In this document: piece by piece, positions 61,741 to 64,000 of the stretch
Layout of the letters: each line of letters opens with the position of its first letter
Numbering within the stretch: position 1 is the stretch's first letter
DNA from: Planctomycetota bacterium
GTDB lineage: Bacteria > Planctomycetota > Planctomycetia > Pirellulales > Lacipirellulaceae
Direction: 5' to 3'
NCBI GenBank assembly: GCA_039190745.1
Contig: JBCCXZ010000002.1
Location: 1-64,000, forward strand
DNA: 64,000 nucleotides
The notes under the pieces: generated by a model
The model's input: only the letters and a program-made list of their open reading frames with translations
What the model was told of the DNA's origin: nothing
The model's database searches: none
Position numbers and translations under genes: made by a program

Positions 61741-61813
61741 GCGAAACGCTGAGGGAGGTGATGCTGCGTTCGGTCGTCTCTAGCAAACTACCAAAGGAGG
61801 TCGCCCCGCCAAG

Positions 61814-61852
61814 AAAAAAGCCGCCCGCGATCCAAAGGACCAGGGGCGGCTT
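61814..61852 (-). terminator. Rho-independent terminator
   Basis: aagccgccc...gggcggctt stem with a T6 tail on the minus strand, after the 81-aa gene. Confidence 0.6.
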
Positions 61853-61880
61853 GCTCAAGTATTCTAAGCGGGATTCGTTT

Positions 61881-62126
61881 CTAGAAGCCGATGTAGATCG
61901 ACGGGCCGTGGACGACCGGCGCCGGCGTGTACAGCACAGGGCTGTAGTACACCGGGCGGCGGACGACCCGACGGGCCACGGGGTACGGAGGCAGTACCGC
62001 CCGCGCCGCGACACGACGAACCGGAGCGATCGGACGACGGACAAAGTAGCCTGCGTCGGCGCTCTGGGCTCCAGCGAACGAGAAACCACCAAGGACGGTC
62101 AAAGCGAACAGGGCTTTCTTAAACAT
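61881..62126 (-). CDS. Small secreted Pro/Val/Arg/Tyr-rich protein
   Basis: GAGGAG SD; MFKKALFALTVLGGFSFAGAQSADA signal peptide; ends SIYIGF. Confidence 0.8.
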   Translation of the reverse strand: MFKKALFALTVLGGFSFAGAQSADAGYFVRRPIAPVRRVAARAVLPPYPVARRVVRRPVYYSPVLYTPAPVVHGPSIYIGF

Positions 62127-62220
62127 GATTCTTACTCCTCTGAGGGTTGGTGGGCTGCTCAGCCCGACTCGTTGGTTTGGTTGGCTTTGCCGAGTACTTT
62201 GCTCGACAAGAGACTACTAA

Positions 62221-62236
62221 CGCACCGCCTATGCCA
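62221..62236 (-). promoter_or_regulatory. Candidate sigma-54 (-24/-12) promoter
   Basis: Minus strand TGGCAT-AGGCG-GTGC, with an AT-rich IHF-like inverted element at 62253-62281 just upstream. Confidence 0.55.
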
Positions 62237-62362
62237 AACCATGTCCTTGATTTGTAAATCATTAATAATAAAAGACTTACAGAATCGATTGGCTAAAGCA
62301 GCCCAACCCATTGTGACATCGAAAGTGCGACATCATTCCCTCGTTGAGCAGATCAATTCGAC

Positions 62363-62632
62363 TCAGAAACCCACTGAGAAGCTAATCCCGCCCCTGCCGT
62401 AGTGCCCGGGATAGCCGCGGTAGTACCTCGTCGGCGGCCCATAGTACCGACCAGGGTAATAGGCACGACGCGGCGGGCCGTAGTAGGCGACCGGCGCGCG
62501 ATACGGCCCGTAACCCCCGTAGCCGCCATACCCACCGTATCCGCCTCGATAGCAGTAGCCGGCGTCTGCCGAACTGGCGGCCAACGCGGCCCCGCTTGCT
62601 AAGACCAAAATCAATAGAATTTTACGCAACAT
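62363..62632 (-). CDS. Small secreted Gly/Tyr/Arg/Pro-rich protein
   Basis: GGAGG SD; MLRKILLILVLASGAALAASSADA signal peptide; GGY repeats; ends ISFSVGF. Confidence 0.8.
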   Translation of the reverse strand: MLRKILLILVLASGAALAASSADAGYCYRGGYGGYGGYGGYGPYRAPVAYYGPPRRAYYPGRYYGPPTRYYRGYPGHYGRGGISFSVGF

Positions 62633-62878
62633 TTGGTTGCCTCCGTCAAGCTGCCTGCCTGTACGGGGAAGGACACCAAACCCCGTCGCCCGAAGTGGCA
62701 AAGCAGGCATAGGAACTGCCGCGGAATATCTGGGCAGCCGCCGTGCCGGAAGCTCTACATTTACAATAAAGCTTTATTAGACATGGCTTTATGCAATGCC
62801 ACCGGTCCGGCCAGCGATGGCCGAAGGAAGTCGGTCTGAGCACAAATTGCCATCCGACTCGCTACGCTTGCTGTCTTG

Positions 62879-62894
62879 TGGCACATCAATTGCA
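62879..62894 (+). promoter_or_regulatory. Sigma-54 (-24/-12) promoter consensus
   Basis: TGGCAC-ATCAA-TTGCA is an exact match to TGGCAC-N5-TTGC(A/T). Confidence 0.65.
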
Positions 62895-63354
62895 CCATTA
62901 ATGAATCGTTGACGCCAACCGGCCAGCCTTGGAACAGCGGGGCCGGGACAGAGAAGAGAGTGCCTACGGGGTCGGCAGAAGAAGAGGCAGTAGAGTAGAC
63001 CGTCGCTAGTTGCTGATTTTTTAGTGTTTTGTGTCCCTGTGGAGGCACGGAACGTTCAGCGATCAAGCAAAGCGGGTCGTCAGGGCAAAGGCGAGTCCGA
63101 AGGCAGGTAAAACTGCTTTCGGGCTCGCCTGTTTTGTTCCAGGATGTTCAATAATCGAACATCCGCTCTTTTTCGATACACCTTTTCGGTTCCGAAGGAA
63201 TTTCGGCGGTACTAATCATTGCTGGCAGGGTTAGCCTGGAAATAGAGCGCGACGACGAGGTTTCGTCCATCGAACCCTGTGACCGCGAACGTCTAAATTC
63301 GGCTTGAGGCTAGGCTCAACGCTCCCACGTCCACTCAGCGGGGTCACCGGCTTG

Positions 63355-64000
63355 ATGCTCGGCTATTACCGCAGCCTGTTGATTGCTTCTTCGGCGCTCA
63401 TGGTCTTGCTGTGCTCACCGCGTGCCTCTTGTGCGAGCCCGCCCGCCTACTCAAGCCCGGCGGATGCAGCCCCAACCGTTGAGCGGATCGATGAGTTGAT
63501 ACGCCGGCACTGGGCCGACCACGGCATCCGACCGTCGCCACAGGCCGAGCCCGGGAAGTGGTGCCGACGCGTCTACCTCGATGTCATCGGCCGGACCCCA
63601 AGCATCGAGGAACTGAACACCTTCCTCGAAGGTCGCCGCGGAACGCGCAAGCGCCAGCTCGTCGAGAAACTCCTCGGACCGGAGTACGGCAAGGAGTACG
63701 CCGAGCACTGGGCGGGGCAGTGGACCAACACGCTCGTCGGGAGGACCGGCGGGGAAACGCGCCGCTCGTTGACCGACCGCGACGCCCTCCAGGGTTTCCT
63801 CCGCGAGTCTCTTCTCGAGGAGAAGCCCTACGACGAGCTGGTGACCGAGTTGCTCACCGCCAGCGGCGCGAACCGGTCGGGCATGGACGGCTACAACCCG
63901 GCCGTGAACTACCTCATCGAAAAGATGCAAGAGAAGGCGGTGCAGGCCACCGCCAAGACCGCCGAGGTATTCCTCGGCACATCGGTCCAGTGCACGCAGT
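63355..64000 (+). CDS. DUF1549 (PSCyt2) domain protein, truncated by the window end
   Basis: Not in the ORF track because it has no stop in the window. Translated by hand: MLGYYRSLL...IDELIRRHW...WCRRVYLDVIGRTPS...LVEKLL...YAEHW...PYDELV...FLGTSVQCTQ. Confidence 0.9.
   Translation, partial: MLGYYRSLLIASSALMVLLCSPRASCASPPAYSSPADAAPTVERIDELIRRHWADHGIRPSPQAEPGKWCRRVYLDVIGRTPSIEELNTFLEGRRGTRKRQLVEKLLGPEYGKEYAEHWAGQWTNTLVGRTGGETRRSLTDRDALQGFLRESLLEEKPYDELVTELLTASGANRSGMDGYNPAVNYLIEKMQEKAVQATAKTAEVFLGTSVQCTQ

Noticed and set aside
63451..63930. 159-aa minus-strand ORF
   Set aside because: Antisense to the DUF1549 gene on the plus strand.

Overview
High-GC bacterial chromosome segment, almost certainly Planctomycetota and probably Pirellulales (Lacipirellulaceae-like). 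The evidence is a DUF1559 prepilin-type gene, a DUF1549 gene, an HYExAFE gene and four PEP-CTERM genes, two with dockerin-like GDFDxDGD segments. About 50 CDS are supportable. Housekeeping genes: sdhC-sdhA (no sdhB), purH, pckA, fxsA, tpx, rpmA-obgE-coaX-mnmE-like, fba and cutA. These are interspersed with secreted/TPR proteins and planctomycete-type unknowns. I found no rRNA, tRNA, CRISPR array, transposase, integrase or prophage. Best candidates for undescribed biology: (1) an HxlR-controlled module with a QueG/reductive-dehalogenase-like Fe-S protein fused to an SCP2 lipid-binding domain, plus an NAD(P)H reductase and a visible double operator; (2) a ~1425-aa secreted Cys-rich protein with a low-GC coiled-coil insert; (3) a secreted TPR-CHAT protein lacking the caspase dyad; (4) a pair of tiny Tyr-rich secreted peptides beside sigma-54-type promoters; (5) an SOS-box-like palindrome at a PA0069 radical SAM gene; (6) a probable ATC start codon. 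All family calls come from motif recognition by eye, not database searches, and start codons were refined manually.
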